A stretch of DNA of 64,000 nt from Naegleria gruberi (lineage: Eukaryota). The notes under the pieces are model-generated. The model was not told the DNA's origin and made no database searches. It was given only the letters and a program-made list of their open reading frames with translations. Both the position numbers and the translations under genes were made by a program. Numbering within the stretch: position 1 is the first letter of the stretch; each line of letters starts with the position of its first letter. Shown here one piece after another: positions 43,376-54,744 of this stretch. Location: the NCBI GenBank assembly GCA_000004985.1, contig GG738884.1; one strand, 5' to 3'.

Positions 43376-44353
43376 TCACTCACAAAACAAGTTCAATTCA
43401 CCCAATTCATCATATTCTACTTCAGTTTCTTCACAGACCACTCTTGGCTTTGGATTCATAAAGTTTTCGTATTTTTCAATGAAAGAAAGTAGTCCGTTGA
43501 TATTCGAAACCGGTTCACCCCAAAGTTTAATCTCTTGCTTATTCGTTTCCTCATATGAAATTGAATATTTCCTTCTGAAAACCATTCTCCCAGCAAATAT
43601 TCTTTCATACATAAAACTTCTACTCCAACTCCTTGTTCTGCAAACATGTTGAGCAGTTAAAAATCTTTGAATAAGGTTTACAATTCCAAAGTCATCTCTC
43701 ATGTTGTTGTATACATAATTCCTCACAAATACAATGCTCTTTGGATTTTGTATAAGGGCTGTTTTTACGAGATCCTTAGTTAGAATGCTTGAATTGACGT
43801 ATTTGAGGGATTTTCCGTTTTGTTTGACAGCTGCCAAGGCTATTTTATAATCACTCTGTAATCTATGTGAAGCATCTCTCAAGTTTAATCCATTCAATTT
43901 AACACATTTCTTTACAAAATCCCCATTATCCCTTAGTACATCATCCCCAAATCCAAGAATGGCTAACTTTCTAATAGAACATTCAACTGCCACCTCCAAA
44001 ACTTCTATTTCCTTATCCAATGATGATAAATACAAAACCTCTCCTCTCGTCTTCTTCATTATACTCTTGAACAATTCTTGATTCTTACTAAACAATTGCT
44101 TTACAATAATTGCAGTGTCATACGAGCATCGATAGAAAACACTTCGTGTTCTCTTTTTCTTCCGAAAACAATCATCAATATCTCTGAAGAATTTTACAAC
44201 CTTTTCCATTCCCCAATTTTTGTATTCAACAACTTGATGTGATTCTTCTTTGAAATTGTTTTTCATTAATTGAAAATATTTGTGATGATGATAAAATTCT
44301 ATCAATCCAAGTGATTGAGAATCGAGTAGGCATACAACTGGTATTGCTGACAT
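43376..44353 (-). CDS. Hypothetical protein with DUF4116-like tandem repeats
   Basis: 325 aa. Repeats of the form DYKIALAAVKQNGKSLKYVNSSILTKDLVKTALIQNPKSIVFV resemble the DUF4116 repeat pattern. Confidence 0.45.
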   Translation of the reverse strand: MSAIPVVCLLDSQSLGLIEFYHHHKYFQLMKNNFKEESHQVVEYKNWGMEKVVKFFRDIDDCFRKKKRTRSVFYRCSYDTAIIVKQLFSKNQELFKSIMKKTRGEVLYLSSLDKEIEVLEVAVECSIRKLAILGFGDDVLRDNGDFVKKCVKLNGLNLRDASHRLQSDYKIALAAVKQNGKSLKYVNSSILTKDLVKTALIQNPKSIVFVRNYVYNNMRDDFGIVNLIQRFLTAQHVCRTRSWSRSFMYERIFAGRMVFRRKYSISYEETNKQEIKLWGEPVSNINGLLSFIEKYENFMNPKPRVVCEETEVEYDELGELNLFCE

Positions 44354-44807
44354 TTTTTTTAAAGAACTTAAAGTTCATATTTCATTACAACAAGTTTACA
44401 ATGAATATAATCATTCTTGGGGGCCAAAGACTTCGGAAGGACATGGTTTCCTGAACTGTTTGCATAAATGTCATACGACACGATTCCTGATACTTGTCAT
44501 TTATGAAATAATCAAGAAGGCTACTGAATATTGGCCACAATTGCAAATGATTATTGCCATACTTGTATGTAATGCAACCAGAAATATCTCTCCAATAAAT
44601 ATGTCAATGTATTGGGAACTGAATCGAATACCAAGCTCAATTTGGCCATTTTTAGAGCCAAAGTCCTGTTTGTATTTGTACTAAATAATGGCGGGCCTCT
44701 TGCATAATTCCAAATACACATTAGCACTCTTTTAAGGTAATGAATATTCGATTCATCATTGCCCTTTTCTTTAAACGCATCATATGGAAAGATAAACAAA
44801 CAACAAC

Positions 44808-45494
44808 TTGAAAAGAATGCAACAAGAATATCAACCAACTACCACCAACAGCACTACTCAAACAAAAGACGAGAAAATCGTCAACAACACTACTAACCCA
44901 CCACTTCAAAGTGCGCAATCTCCAACTTTCATTAGTACTAGTTTAAAATCTTCATCATCGGTGGAACAATCAAATAGTAGAAGAAGTTCTGTGGATTATC
45001 TGCGTGAGGTAGCTGAAGTGGGTCAACAAGATTTAAATGAAAATGCCAGCCGTCAAACTGATGCCAACACTCTTATTCAAACATTTATAGACATGGTAAA
45101 CATGGAGGATGAAAATTGGAAGAAGAGGAAGAGAGACCCAAGCAATAATAGTGAAGAAGCAACTACATGCAATGTTGACCAACATGAGCATGCATGTTAT
45201 GACCAGCATGCTATTTGGGATATTATACCTCAAAAGTTTGCACATGTAAAATTGCATGCACATGAATTACCTTCAACTGAGTTTTGTAAGATAATGTTTC
45301 TGTATGGATGGGCCTATTCAAAGTATTTGGTGCATACAAGAGAAATGAATGCTGGAATCACCCAAAGCAAGGTATCCTCGCCTACCTCACCAGTTCTATC
45401 GCAGGATGGGTCCAGTGACGATTCAACTTCAAATATTGTTGAGCCTCCACAAAAGAAACTAGCTCGCAATCCCAACACAAGTAAGCTGGAATAA
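44808..45494 (+). CDS. Hypothetical S/T/N-rich acidic protein (228 aa)
   Basis: ORF with a low-complexity N-terminus. No domain recognised. Confidence 0.35.
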   Translation: MKRMQQEYQPTTTNSTTQTKDEKIVNNTTNPPLQSAQSPTFISTSLKSSSSVEQSNSRRSSVDYLREVAEVGQQDLNENASRQTDANTLIQTFIDMVNMEDENWKKRKRDPSNNSEEATTCNVDQHEHACYDQHAIWDIIPQKFAHVKLHAHELPSTEFCKIMFLYGWAYSKYLVHTREMNAGITQSKVSSPTSPVLSQDGSSDDSTSNIVEPPQKKLARNPNTSKLE

Positions 45495-45529
45495 ACCTAG
45501 ACCAAAAATTTTCAACAAAGTAAAACAGT

Positions 45530-45602
45530 TGCTGACGGACGGGATCGAACCGGCGACCAATGGCTTATTAGACCAACGCTCTACCGACTGAGCTACGCCA
45601 GC
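45530..45602 (-). tRNA. tRNA-Ile (anticodon AAU)
   Basis: 73 nt. Acceptor GCTGGCG/CGTCAGC (one G-U), D arm GCTC-AGTCGGTA-GAGC, anticodon arm TTGGT-CTAATAA-GCCAT with anticodon AAT at 34-36, T arm GCCGG-TTCGATC-CCGTC, discriminator A. Confidence 0.85.
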
Positions 45603-45934
45603 TGCACGAGTCTTACTTTACTTAATGATTCCTTATATATTATCACAATTTAACAGGTAAAAAAAAATTGAATTAATTTGAATTTATAATAAATTAATTG
45701 AAGTAAAATATTTCAGAACAGTTAACGATCGTATGGAATGACCAAAGTTTGGTATCATCTCCAGCACGTTTTTCTAGAAATATTTCTTCTTCCCTTATTA
45801 GCTGTTGTGCTCCCACTATTAAGGAATGCATAGAACCTAAATAAAACCCCAACCAATTCTCAACAGCTAGCCGTTTTCACTATTAATAAATATTCTATTA
45901 TAATTTGCATAATATTTGAAAATAAAAAAACACT

Positions 45935-47197
45935 GTGGTAATTGCACACTCACCTCCAATTATGGGCTCAAATACCTCAATGACAAGTGCAATGGCCAAG
46001 TCCATCATTGCTGGTGAGACTAGTATTAGCACAATAATTAATAACAATGCTAATCAAGAAGAAGAACACCATCAACACTCAGATAAATCACTGAGCAAAG
46101 AATCTCAATGGAGTAAGTCTTCTCCTGCTCTCAAACCACCAAGGCCCTATCGTTCCAGTATGAAAAGGTCTTCAAGGTCCGTGCCCAATAAGATGGATGC
46201 AGAATTTCAAAAGGTCAAGCAAGATCAACAAAAACAACAAAAGCAAAAAACTACTCCCTCATCTTCGAATGATTCAAGTCCTAGCACCATTTCATCATCA
46301 CCTTCATCATCTTCAAGTGCAACACCAACCACCTCAACTGTTGGTGAAGTTCAAATTCTGGAAGACCAAAATGCCAGCACTAGCAAACAAACCAATGTGA
46401 AATCAAAGAACAGACCAAATGCAATAACCTATGCAAACTTTCTGAATCATTCACATACACTCACACTAACAGATGAATCCATACAGGATAGATATTTTGA
46501 TAGATATTACCCACCTCTGCCAGCAGATGTTGAGGAAAAACTCAAAGTTGTTGATAAGAAAGCACGTCCAAAAACTGCCAATGCATACGTTAAGGCAAAA
46601 TCTGCGAGTAATCTGAAAATTTCTGCTCCCTCTTCTTCCTCAAACATATCCTTAATAACCATAACAGAATCCTCCTCTCCACAAAACCATGATAACAATA
46701 TTAATAACAACAATAATGGTAATAACACTCCTCTAGTGGCCAAGCCAATGTCTCCAATAGTCTCACTCTACAGCAAAACCTCATCTAACAATCAAAGTGC
46801 ACCAAGATCACTAGCAAGAAGCAGTTCTCATTCATTTGGCTTAACAAGCTATCCATCATCAACAACAAGAACAGTTTCCCCATCCGCCAACAATAATAAC
46901 ACCAGCAGCTCAACCCTTCACCCACATCATCATGCTCCTTTGCAAAGAAGTTCATCCCATTCAATTGGACTCTCACACAATAATGCTACCAAATCACCAA
47001 CACATTCGCCTTCCATTTCTCCACACAATAATTCTCTCCAACCACATCATCATACCTTTCAGAGAAGCAATTCTCAATCAAGTGGCATGTTAACTCGATC
47101 CAATCTTCAGCAACAAAAATCACCAAGTAGTGCTATCCCACATATGCCTCAAACATTCCACAAATTACCAACTGAAGGAACAACAATGGTTGGATAA
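45935..47197 (+). CDS. Ser/Thr/Asn/His-rich low-complexity protein (420 aa)
   Basis: Long ORF with homopolymeric S/T/N tracts and HHH runs, typical of amoebozoan low-complexity proteins. Domain architecture unclear. Confidence 0.45.
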   Translation: MVIAHSPPIMGSNTSMTSAMAKSIIAGETSISTIINNNANQEEEHHQHSDKSLSKESQWSKSSPALKPPRPYRSSMKRSSRSVPNKMDAEFQKVKQDQQKQQKQKTTPSSSNDSSPSTISSSPSSSSSATPTTSTVGEVQILEDQNASTSKQTNVKSKNRPNAITYANFLNHSHTLTLTDESIQDRYFDRYYPPLPADVEEKLKVVDKKARPKTANAYVKAKSASNLKISAPSSSSNISLITITESSSPQNHDNNINNNNNGNNTPLVAKPMSPIVSLYSKTSSNNQSAPRSLARSSSHSFGLTSYPSSTTRTVSPSANNNNTSSSTLHPHHHAPLQRSSSHSIGLSHNNATKSPTHSPSISPHNNSLQPHHHTFQRSNSQSSGMLTRSNLQQQKSPSSAIPHMPQTFHKLPTEGTTMVG

Positions 47198-47208
47198 GTT
47201 TTGGGTGT

Positions 47209-49597
47209 TTATTGTTTTTCTTTTGCCTCTTTCACTCTCTTGTAAAGAATTTTGAGAGCATTTCTTGCAGTGATTGGAATGGATGATCCTGATTTGCCCA
47301 ATAAGAAGCCAATAATTTCAACTGCGATGGAGAGTGTGGAACTAGCACTCTTATTTTGCTTTTGTTGGATTTGTTGGGTGATTTTCTCTTGTGTGAATTC
47401 ATCTGACATTAAGGCTGCAATGTCAACTTTATCCAAAGTCAACATTCTGTAAATAGCAGCCCCTAGGAAACTAATAGGAGGAATTTTACTCTTCGATACA
47501 ATCCACCAATCTTGAAAAATTAATAATCAAAATAAACAGTATAAACTTACCAGCAATACGAACACGAATAGTTCCTGAAGATAGTTCCAATGTCTCTATT
47601 AAAATATTTTCCTCCTTAATATTTCCGTATTCGAAACGAGCCTCTTCCAATGAATTAAATCCTTCCAAGGTGTATTTCAGTAAGGAGAGAATCATTCTAG
47701 TGCTAAGTGATATTTTCTCTTTCATAATAGTTGCAACGCTGCCATGGCTATAATATGGCAGAGTGAATGCTAAATGGTGAACCTTTTTAACTTTTTGCTT
47801 GTTGATTGCCTCTGGTTTTAAAATCTCATAAATTGGGACAAGATTCGATTTTTCAAATTCCTTCACCCTTTTCAAAGTCAAAATGCTTTCAGACAAATTT
47901 CCTTCTGCCTTATTACCTTTAAAGTTCAAGTATTTGATGGCAATCTTTCTAGTTTCCTTATTAAGTTGCTTTTCTTCAGCTAGAAATGTCATAGAAATCA
48001 ATTCAGCTGATTGCTCCTTATCAGATTTAAGTTGTCTTGAAATTTTATAGTGGTCAATGCTTGATATTAAACTAGATTCGTTGATTTCTTGCTTTTCCAC
48101 TCTTTCCATCATCTTGATTTTAATTGGATTGGACATTTTGTGGAAATCATGCTCAGATGGATCGAGCTCAACATAATCTCTGCAGTCTGTATCAAAGACA
48201 TTAATCAGCACATCATTCTTATTAATAGAAAACTTTTCCTCAAGCAATAATAGGAAATCAGAATATCCACACTTATCTAACATTGACATTTTCTTTTTTG
48301 TGCCATTGAAATCAACAATGAAAACAATATTATTATTCGATGTCTTCTCAAGTGTTTTCATATAAATTGAAATTGGAGAGGAGTTAGTTCCAGTGAGGAG
48401 GAGTTCTATCTCGTTTTGAACTTTGAAAAATTGTTTTTGTAAACCGATCGAGTTGAATTGAAAAGTACTAAACTCCTCAATAGCACTTGCATGCATGATT
48501 GCAAACTCCTTTTCCTGTCTGTTAATAATCTGTGAGATACAATCAAGTACCAGAAGTGTGCTTTTCTCCTTTTGCTTTTCATCATTTTCACTCGATTGGA
48601 TAACAGAAATTCGTGAAATCAAATACCTAAATACAATACCAGTAGCATAGCTAGAGAGAATGAACAGATAATGTGACCAGTAGGAACAGAACTTTGAGGC
48701 ATCGATGAATAAATTTCTCTTTGTAAAGAAAGAATCATAATACACAGAGTAAAATTTTTGTGGAACTCTTTCCACAATACCTTTCAAATAGCTCAGAAAG
48801 GAAGCCTTTGTTAAATCATGTACAGAGGTGTCTATGACCATGTCCAAAAACCTTTCCATTAAATCACGTGGGAAAACCTCAAAAAATTCCTCAATACCAA
48901 ACTCTTCAAAATTATTAAAAACAGAAAAGGTTATGACATATAAACGTGATAACTCGTTAGTAGTGTTCCCTAGCTCTTTTAACAACAATTCAAAAAGTAT
49001 TTTAGTTCTAATAACCAGTTCAACCTTGAGCTCTTGTATGGCGTATATTCTTTGTGATTTGATACCACATTCATAACAGGCCTCTTGAAAATCTAATCCC
49101 CTCTGCATATGTTTGTAAATATTTAACATGTTCAACACTATCATAAATACTACCTCTATATTATCTCTCAAATCTAGTATGTACTCAATTTCTTCTTGAC
49201 ATTTCTCTCTTTTCTCTAATGAATTGTTGAGATTGAGTTGAATTTCAAGTAAATCTGAAACTATTTCCTCCAATGATAAGTGATAACAGAAAGTTAGATC
49301 AAGTACAGTGTCAGTACCAAATCTACATTTCCACAGCATGTTAACTCTTGTTTGAGTTTCAACAAAAGGTGAGGCGTATTGTGATTTGTAATATGTCAAA
49401 ACTTCATTCCTGGCCATGTGGTGAACAATTTCCGTTCCTTCAATTCCATCAATTTGTTTTTCTTCATCTGGAACATCGTACAAGTTCACAAACCTATCAA
49501 TATTGATAGCAGTAGAATTATTAGTGGTGGATGATCCGATCTCGACTGAACTAGATACATATGTTCGAGGAACAACATGTCGTCCATTATACAGCAT
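47209..49597 (-). CDS. Hypothetical 782-aa protein with a C-terminal degenerate (pseudo)kinase-like region. Two exons: join(47209..47510,47551..49597).
   Basis: A 40-nt intron (47511..47550, G|GTAAGTTTAT...TTTCAAG|AT) fuses ORFs 47486..49597 and 47209..47445 in frame (...GTIRVRIAD|WWIVSKSK...MLTLDKVDIAALMSDEF). The C-terminal region has YGNIKEENILIE, reminiscent of HRDLKPENILL with the catalytic HRD lost, which suggests a pseudokinase. Confidence 0.5.
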
Positions 49598-49639
49598 TTT
49601 TTTATGATTGAATAGTTATAATTAGTTTAAATCAATGAT

Positions 49640-49760
49640 GATGGTGAACTTCTATGCAAATGGTGGGGTTAGTATTAAAAATTTGACAATAAAGTTTGGA
49701 AATGATGGGGTTAGTATTAAAATTGGTGCAAGTTAATATTGGTGGGGCACCGAGTGATGA
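49640..49760. repeat. Direct repeats in the divergent promoter between the 47209..49597 gene and the ValRS gene
   Basis: ATGGTGGGGTTAGTATTAAAAATTTGACAATAAAGTTTGGAAATGATGGGGTTAGTATTAAAATTGGTGCAAGTTAATATTGGTGGGGCAC contains two or three copies of (A)TGGTGGGGTTAGTATTAAAA. Confidence 0.4.
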
Positions 49761-50453
49761 AAATTGTTGTTTTTTTGTGAAATGATAAGTGATGAAGTGA
49801 CGAATATCGAAAAGATCCAGTGAATTTCCAAAGAACTTTGCAGAACAAACATGGGCTATGATTTCAATAATCAAAAGGTGTTGCATTTGGCAAATCAACC
49901 CACATTGCATTACAACAACTGCCTTTCGAACAAGAAGGAAGTTATTGGAAATGGAGAGGAAATTCAAGGAATGCATGAAAATGAATTATGTATCAAATAA
50001 GATTAAATTATCAAATAAATTTTCCAATCGATTCATTCTGGCATAATCCATTACAAATCTGATAGTCTTAGCAAGGTAAACCATACAATAATTGTAGAAC
50101 TCCACAACAGAGGAATGTGGAGTTTTGGCTTCCTTAGTAAAATCTTAGAATAATTCTGTATTCAATTGAAACTGGTTGAATGTTGTGCATGAATGGTGTT
50201 GATGATTAAATCTTCACCTTGCACCATCTGGCAGATTAAAGTTGCAAATTAAAAATAGCATTGTTGAATATGATAGATAAAAAGAGATGATCTCGAAGAA
50301 TCTTGTATTATCATAACAACAAAAAAGATCGCCAATATCCTTCTCTTTCAAAAGGAAAGATTGTTTTAATAATAATATTGAAAGGATAACAATTTAATAT
50401 TTGATAGAAACATCCATCAATAACAATTTTAAAAATTTAAATTTGAAAAAAAA

Positions 50454-53400
50454 ATGAGCAAACAAAACACCAAGAAAAAGACCGAACTTGAGAAGGTCAC
50501 CTTCACAAATTCTACACCACTGGGTGAAAAGAAGGACGTTCAATCCATTGAAATGCCTGCTCAATACCATCCAGAATTTGTAGAAATGGCTTGGTACGAG
50601 TATTGGCATAAGAAGGGATACTTTACTGCTGATGCCAACGATACAACAAAGGAAACATTTACTATTGCTTTACCTCCACCAAACGTTACAGGATCTCTCC
50701 ATATTGGACATGCTCTTACTGTAGCTGTTCAAGATGCCATCTGTAGATATCACAGAATGAACGGAAAGAATGTCTTATATATTCCTGGTGTTGACCATGC
50801 TGGTATTGCCACACAAGTTGTTGTAGAAAAACAATTAGCCAAGCAAGATCCTCCAGTTTCAAGACACGAAATCGGAAGAGAAAAATTCGTAGAAAAAGTC
50901 TTTGAATGGAAGGAAGAATATGGTCAAAAAATTATGAACCAACTTAAGAGAATTGGTGCTTCTTTGGATTGGACTAGAGAATGCTTCACTATGGACGAAA
51001 CACTGAGCGTTGCTGTCAAGGAAGCTTTCATCAAAATGTACGAACAAGGAATTATTTATCGTAAGAATAGATTGGTAAATTGGAGTTGTGTTTTGAAATC
51101 AGCTATTAGTAACATTGAAGTCGACAGTGATGAGGTTGAAGGAAATAAGCTCTTTATTCCAGGCCATCCTGAAAATAAGAAATACGAATTTGGTAAAATG
51201 TGGTCTTTTGCTTACAAATTTGAAGATCAAGAATTTGCCAATGATGAAATTATTATTTCCACAACTCGTCCAGAAACAATGTTGGGAGACGTTGCTGTAG
51301 CTGTCCACCCAGACGATCCAAGATATAAGAAATTCCACGGAAAGACTTTGATTCACCCATTCCTTGAAAGAAAATTGGTTGTTATCACTGATAAGGAATT
51401 GGTTGATATGAATTTTGGTACTGGTGCTGTCAAAATCACTCCAGCTCACGATCCAAACGATTTTGAATGTGGTCTCAGACATAATTTGGAAATGATCTGT
51501 GTTTTCACTGATGATGGTAAGATCAATGAAAATGGTGGTGAATTCAAGGGTATGATGAGATTTGATGCTCGTTATGCTGTCATTGAAGAATTGAAGAAGA
51601 AGGGTCTCTACAGAGATGAAAAGGTCCACAAGCTCGCTCTTAAGAAGTGTTCTCGTTCAAAGGATGTTATTGAACCAATGCTCAAGCCTCAATGGTATGT
51701 CAAGATGGATGATTTGGCCAGACAAGCTTGCGAAGCTGTTCAAAATGGTACTTTGAAGATTGTTCCAGAAAGAGAAAAGACTACTTGGTTCCACTTTTTG
51801 GGTGCTGAAAACGTTCAAGATTGGTGTATCTCAAGACAATTATGGTGGGGTCACAGAATTCCAGCCTATCTTGTCAAGATTGCTGGTAAGGAACATTTGA
51901 GTGCTGATGATGAAAAATGGTGGATTGTTGCTCATGATGAACAAGAAGCTAGAGCTAAGGCTATGGAAAAGTTCAAGGATTTGGTTACTTCTGAAAGTGA
52001 TATCATTTTACAACAAGACGAAGATGTTTTGGATACTTGGTTCTCATCTGGTTTGTTCCCATTCTCTCCTTTGGGTTGGCCAAATACTGAATCTGCTGAT
52101 TTCAAGAGATTCTTCCCAACTCAAATGCTCGAAACTGGTTTGGATATCTTGTTCTTCTGGGTTTCTAAGATGGTTATGATGAGTTTGAGTCTTACTGGTG
52201 AACTTCCATTCACTGAAGTTTTGCTTCACGCTATGGTTAGAGATAAGGAAAATAGAAAGATGTCTAAGAGTTTGGGTAACGTTATTGATCCAATTGACGT
52301 CATTGAAGGTATTACCCTCCAAGAAATGAATGACAAGCTCAAGCAAGGTAACTTGTCAAGCAGGGAAATTGAAAAGGCTGCTCTTGGTCAAAAGAAGCAA
52401 TTCCCTGAAGGTATCCCTGAATGTGGTACTGACGCTTTGAGATTCACTTTGTTGAACTATACTGCTCAAGGTCGTGACATTGCTTTGGATATTTTGCGTG
52501 TCTTTGGTTATCGTACTTTCTGTAACAAGATGTGGCAAACTACCAAGTTTGCTTTGATGAACTGGACTGATTTCAAGTCGGAAGGTATTGAAAACTATCC
52601 AACTGATCTTTCTAACTTGACTTTCAATGACAAGTGGATTCTCAGTAGATTGAACAAGACCATTAAGGCCTGTAACGCTTCATTCGAAAAGGGCAATTAT
52701 GACTTTATGACATATACTCAATCTTGTTATGATTTCTGGTTGAAGGATTTGTGTGACCAATATTTGGAAATGATTAAGAATGATATCAAGTCTGAAGATT
52801 TGAACAGACGTAGAACTACTCAATTGGTTTTGTACACTTGTATTGAACAATGTTTGAGATTGTTGCACCCAACTATGCCTTTCATTACTGAAGAATTGTG
52901 GCAAAGACTTCCAGGTCACTCTGCTTTCCCATCCAACAGAGAATCCATTATGATTTGCCCATATCCTGCACCAGTTGCTGCTTGGGAAAATGATAACGTT
53001 GAAACTGAAATGAAATTCGTTATGGAAGTTGTTCACGCTATTAGATCACTTAAGGGTGCTTACAAGTTGACTCCAAAGCAAACTCCTGAAGTTTATATTA
53101 TTACAAGCTCTCAAAATGATCTCTTGAAGAGTGTTAAGGCTTATATTGAAATGTTGGCCTTATCAGGAAATCTTTACTTTGATGTTGAAGTTAAGGATAT
53201 TCCAGCTGGTTGTGGTGTTGAAGTTGTTAACCAATATTGCGAAATTCACATGATGCTTAAGGGACTCATTGATATTGACCAAGAAGTCAAGAAGCAAGAA
53301 AAGAATAAGGAAAAGCTTGTTAAGGTTCGTGACTCGCTCATTGAAAGAACTCAAACAGAAAAGTACAAGACCAACACTCCAGAAGAAGTTAAGAATAATG

Positions 53401-53477
53401 ACCAAATCAAATTGGAAGGTTATAACCTTGAACTTGCCAAGATTGACGAAACCATTGAACGTTTGAAGAAAATGTAA
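50454..53477 (+). CDS. VARS: Valyl-tRNA synthetase (class I aaRS)
   Basis: 1007-aa intronless ORF with HIGH motif PPNVTGSLHIGHAL, KMSKS motif KMSKSLGNV, and editing and anticodon-binding regions. The C-terminal coiled coil is typical of ValRS. Confidence 0.92.
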   Translation: MSKQNTKKKTELEKVTFTNSTPLGEKKDVQSIEMPAQYHPEFVEMAWYEYWHKKGYFTADANDTTKETFTIALPPPNVTGSLHIGHALTVAVQDAICRYHRMNGKNVLYIPGVDHAGIATQVVVEKQLAKQDPPVSRHEIGREKFVEKVFEWKEEYGQKIMNQLKRIGASLDWTRECFTMDETLSVAVKEAFIKMYEQGIIYRKNRLVNWSCVLKSAISNIEVDSDEVEGNKLFIPGHPENKKYEFGKMWSFAYKFEDQEFANDEIIISTTRPETMLGDVAVAVHPDDPRYKKFHGKTLIHPFLERKLVVITDKELVDMNFGTGAVKITPAHDPNDFECGLRHNLEMICVFTDDGKINENGGEFKGMMRFDARYAVIEELKKKGLYRDEKVHKLALKKCSRSKDVIEPMLKPQWYVKMDDLARQACEAVQNGTLKIVPEREKTTWFHFLGAENVQDWCISRQLWWGHRIPAYLVKIAGKEHLSADDEKWWIVAHDEQEARAKAMEKFKDLVTSESDIILQQDEDVLDTWFSSGLFPFSPLGWPNTESADFKRFFPTQMLETGLDILFFWVSKMVMMSLSLTGELPFTEVLLHAMVRDKENRKMSKSLGNVIDPIDVIEGITLQEMNDKLKQGNLSSREIEKAALGQKKQFPEGIPECGTDALRFTLLNYTAQGRDIALDILRVFGYRTFCNKMWQTTKFALMNWTDFKSEGIENYPTDLSNLTFNDKWILSRLNKTIKACNASFEKGNYDFMTYTQSCYDFWLKDLCDQYLEMIKNDIKSEDLNRRRTTQLVLYTCIEQCLRLLHPTMPFITEELWQRLPGHSAFPSNRESIMICPYPAPVAAWENDNVETEMKFVMEVVHAIRSLKGAYKLTPKQTPEVYIITSSQNDLLKSVKAYIEMLALSGNLYFDVEVKDIPAGCGVEVVNQYCEIHMMLKGLIDIDQEVKKQEKNKEKLVKVRDSLIERTQTEKYKTNTPEEVKNNDQIKLEGYNLELAKIDETIERLKKM

Positions 53478-53762
53478 AATCTTTTAAGTTATTAAATCAA
53501 AAAATTCATATATCTCCGTAATTACATGTATTGAATTGCAATTTGGAATTTTTGGATAACAATTAATTGTTGGAAACAATATATTTCCATTTTTATTTGA
53601 CGCTCTATTTTGGTATTCGGATTCAATCAAAATGTGAAGAACAGATTGAATTTTCTACAACTCGCAATAATAGAAGCGTACAAATTTGTCCTTACATGCA
53701 GCCGAAGCGATATTAATACATTTCTCCAACATTACTTGCTTGATTAATTCAACACACAAAAA

Positions 53763-54098
53763 ATGTCTAATTGTGAAATCATCAAATCTCTCGTATCGGA
53801 ATGCCAACAAAACAACAAGGAAGAACCAACTAAGTGTGCATGGGCTGTTAAAGCTTTGGATTTGTGCACAAACAAGACAACAATAGAACATGAATTGTCT
53901 GCTATTGAAAAAAGTTTGGAAGAAGGACCAAGAGTACCACAAAAGAAGATTTGTTGCTCTTGTCCCGATATCAAAAAGATTAGAGATAGTTGTTTAATTA
54001 CACACGGAGAAGAAAATGTTGAATGTAAATATTTAATTAGTGCTTATAGACTTTGTCTGAGGGATCTCGGATTTACTAGAGAGCAAGTTAAATTGTAA
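53763..54098 (+). CDS. COX17: COX17-like copper chaperone with an additional N-terminal twin-Cx9C (CHCH) unit
   Basis: 111 aa. The C-terminal half, KKICCSCPDIKKIRDSCLITHGEENVECKYLISAYRLCLRDLGF, aligns to human COX17 ([41 protein letters not shown]) including the CCxC copper site. The N-terminal half has CEIIKSLVSEC and CAWAVKALDLC, two further Cx9C motifs. Confidence 0.75.
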   Translation: MSNCEIIKSLVSECQQNNKEEPTKCAWAVKALDLCTNKTTIEHELSAIEKSLEEGPRVPQKKICCSCPDIKKIRDSCLITHGEENVECKYLISAYRLCLRDLGFTREQVKL

Positions 54099-54166
54099 AT
54101 AAATAATCGAGTATAAATACAACATGATTTTCAAATTTTCTGATTTATTATATACAATTAGAGTGA

Positions 54167-54485
54167 TTATCCTGATTTGAACAGAAGAATGGCAACTTGC
54201 CCTAAGTAAAAGTAGATAAAATGTTTAGCTAAACAGATTTGAGTTTACAATAATTCGAATCAAATACTTACTTTCATGTGTGACATAACTTCCAAAGTTT
54301 CTTCCAACAATACAATGCCATGTAGGGTTATATTTCTTATCGAATTCCTTCTTTATGTGAGCAGCAATATCCTTTTCAATATTGAATTTATCCAAGGCTT
54401 GAGAGGCAACATCAACAGCTTCACGTTGCATGTTTTCTTCCATATCAGCGTTTTTAATGACAGCCTTCTTACTTTCTGATGACAT
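54167..54485 (-). CDS. DYNLL: Dynein light chain LC8 (DYNLL). Two exons: join(54167..54228,54272..54485).
   Basis: Exon 1 encodes ...[64 protein letters not shown] and ends A|GTAAGT. After a 43-nt intron, exon 2 gives [20 protein letters not shown]-stop. This is colinear and near-identical to metazoan LC8 (...[27 protein letters not shown]). Total 91 aa. Confidence 0.9.
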
Positions 54486-54744
54486 CTTTGTTAGTATATT
54501 GAGTTAGTTGTTGTTGTATTTTTTTCTTTGTTGTTTGTATTGAAAATTATTGTAGTTGTCTCAGTTTAATATATTTCAGAATTGGCGCCACTTTGTAGTT
54601 GACAAATGCAAAATTACTTTCGGAAATGAGTAAAACAGATTGTTGGCGCCAAACTACTAGTCATACAAAATCAAACCTTATTCAAAATTATTAGATTCCG
54701 TAATAAAATTCGAATGTTGGTTATTATCTACAATTAAAGTTGTA

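Noticed and set aside
49632-50046. ORFs of 114 and 62 aa in the divergent promoter upstream of ValRS
   Set aside because: Low-complexity H/N-rich translations that overlap direct repeats. No domain or start context supports them as genes.
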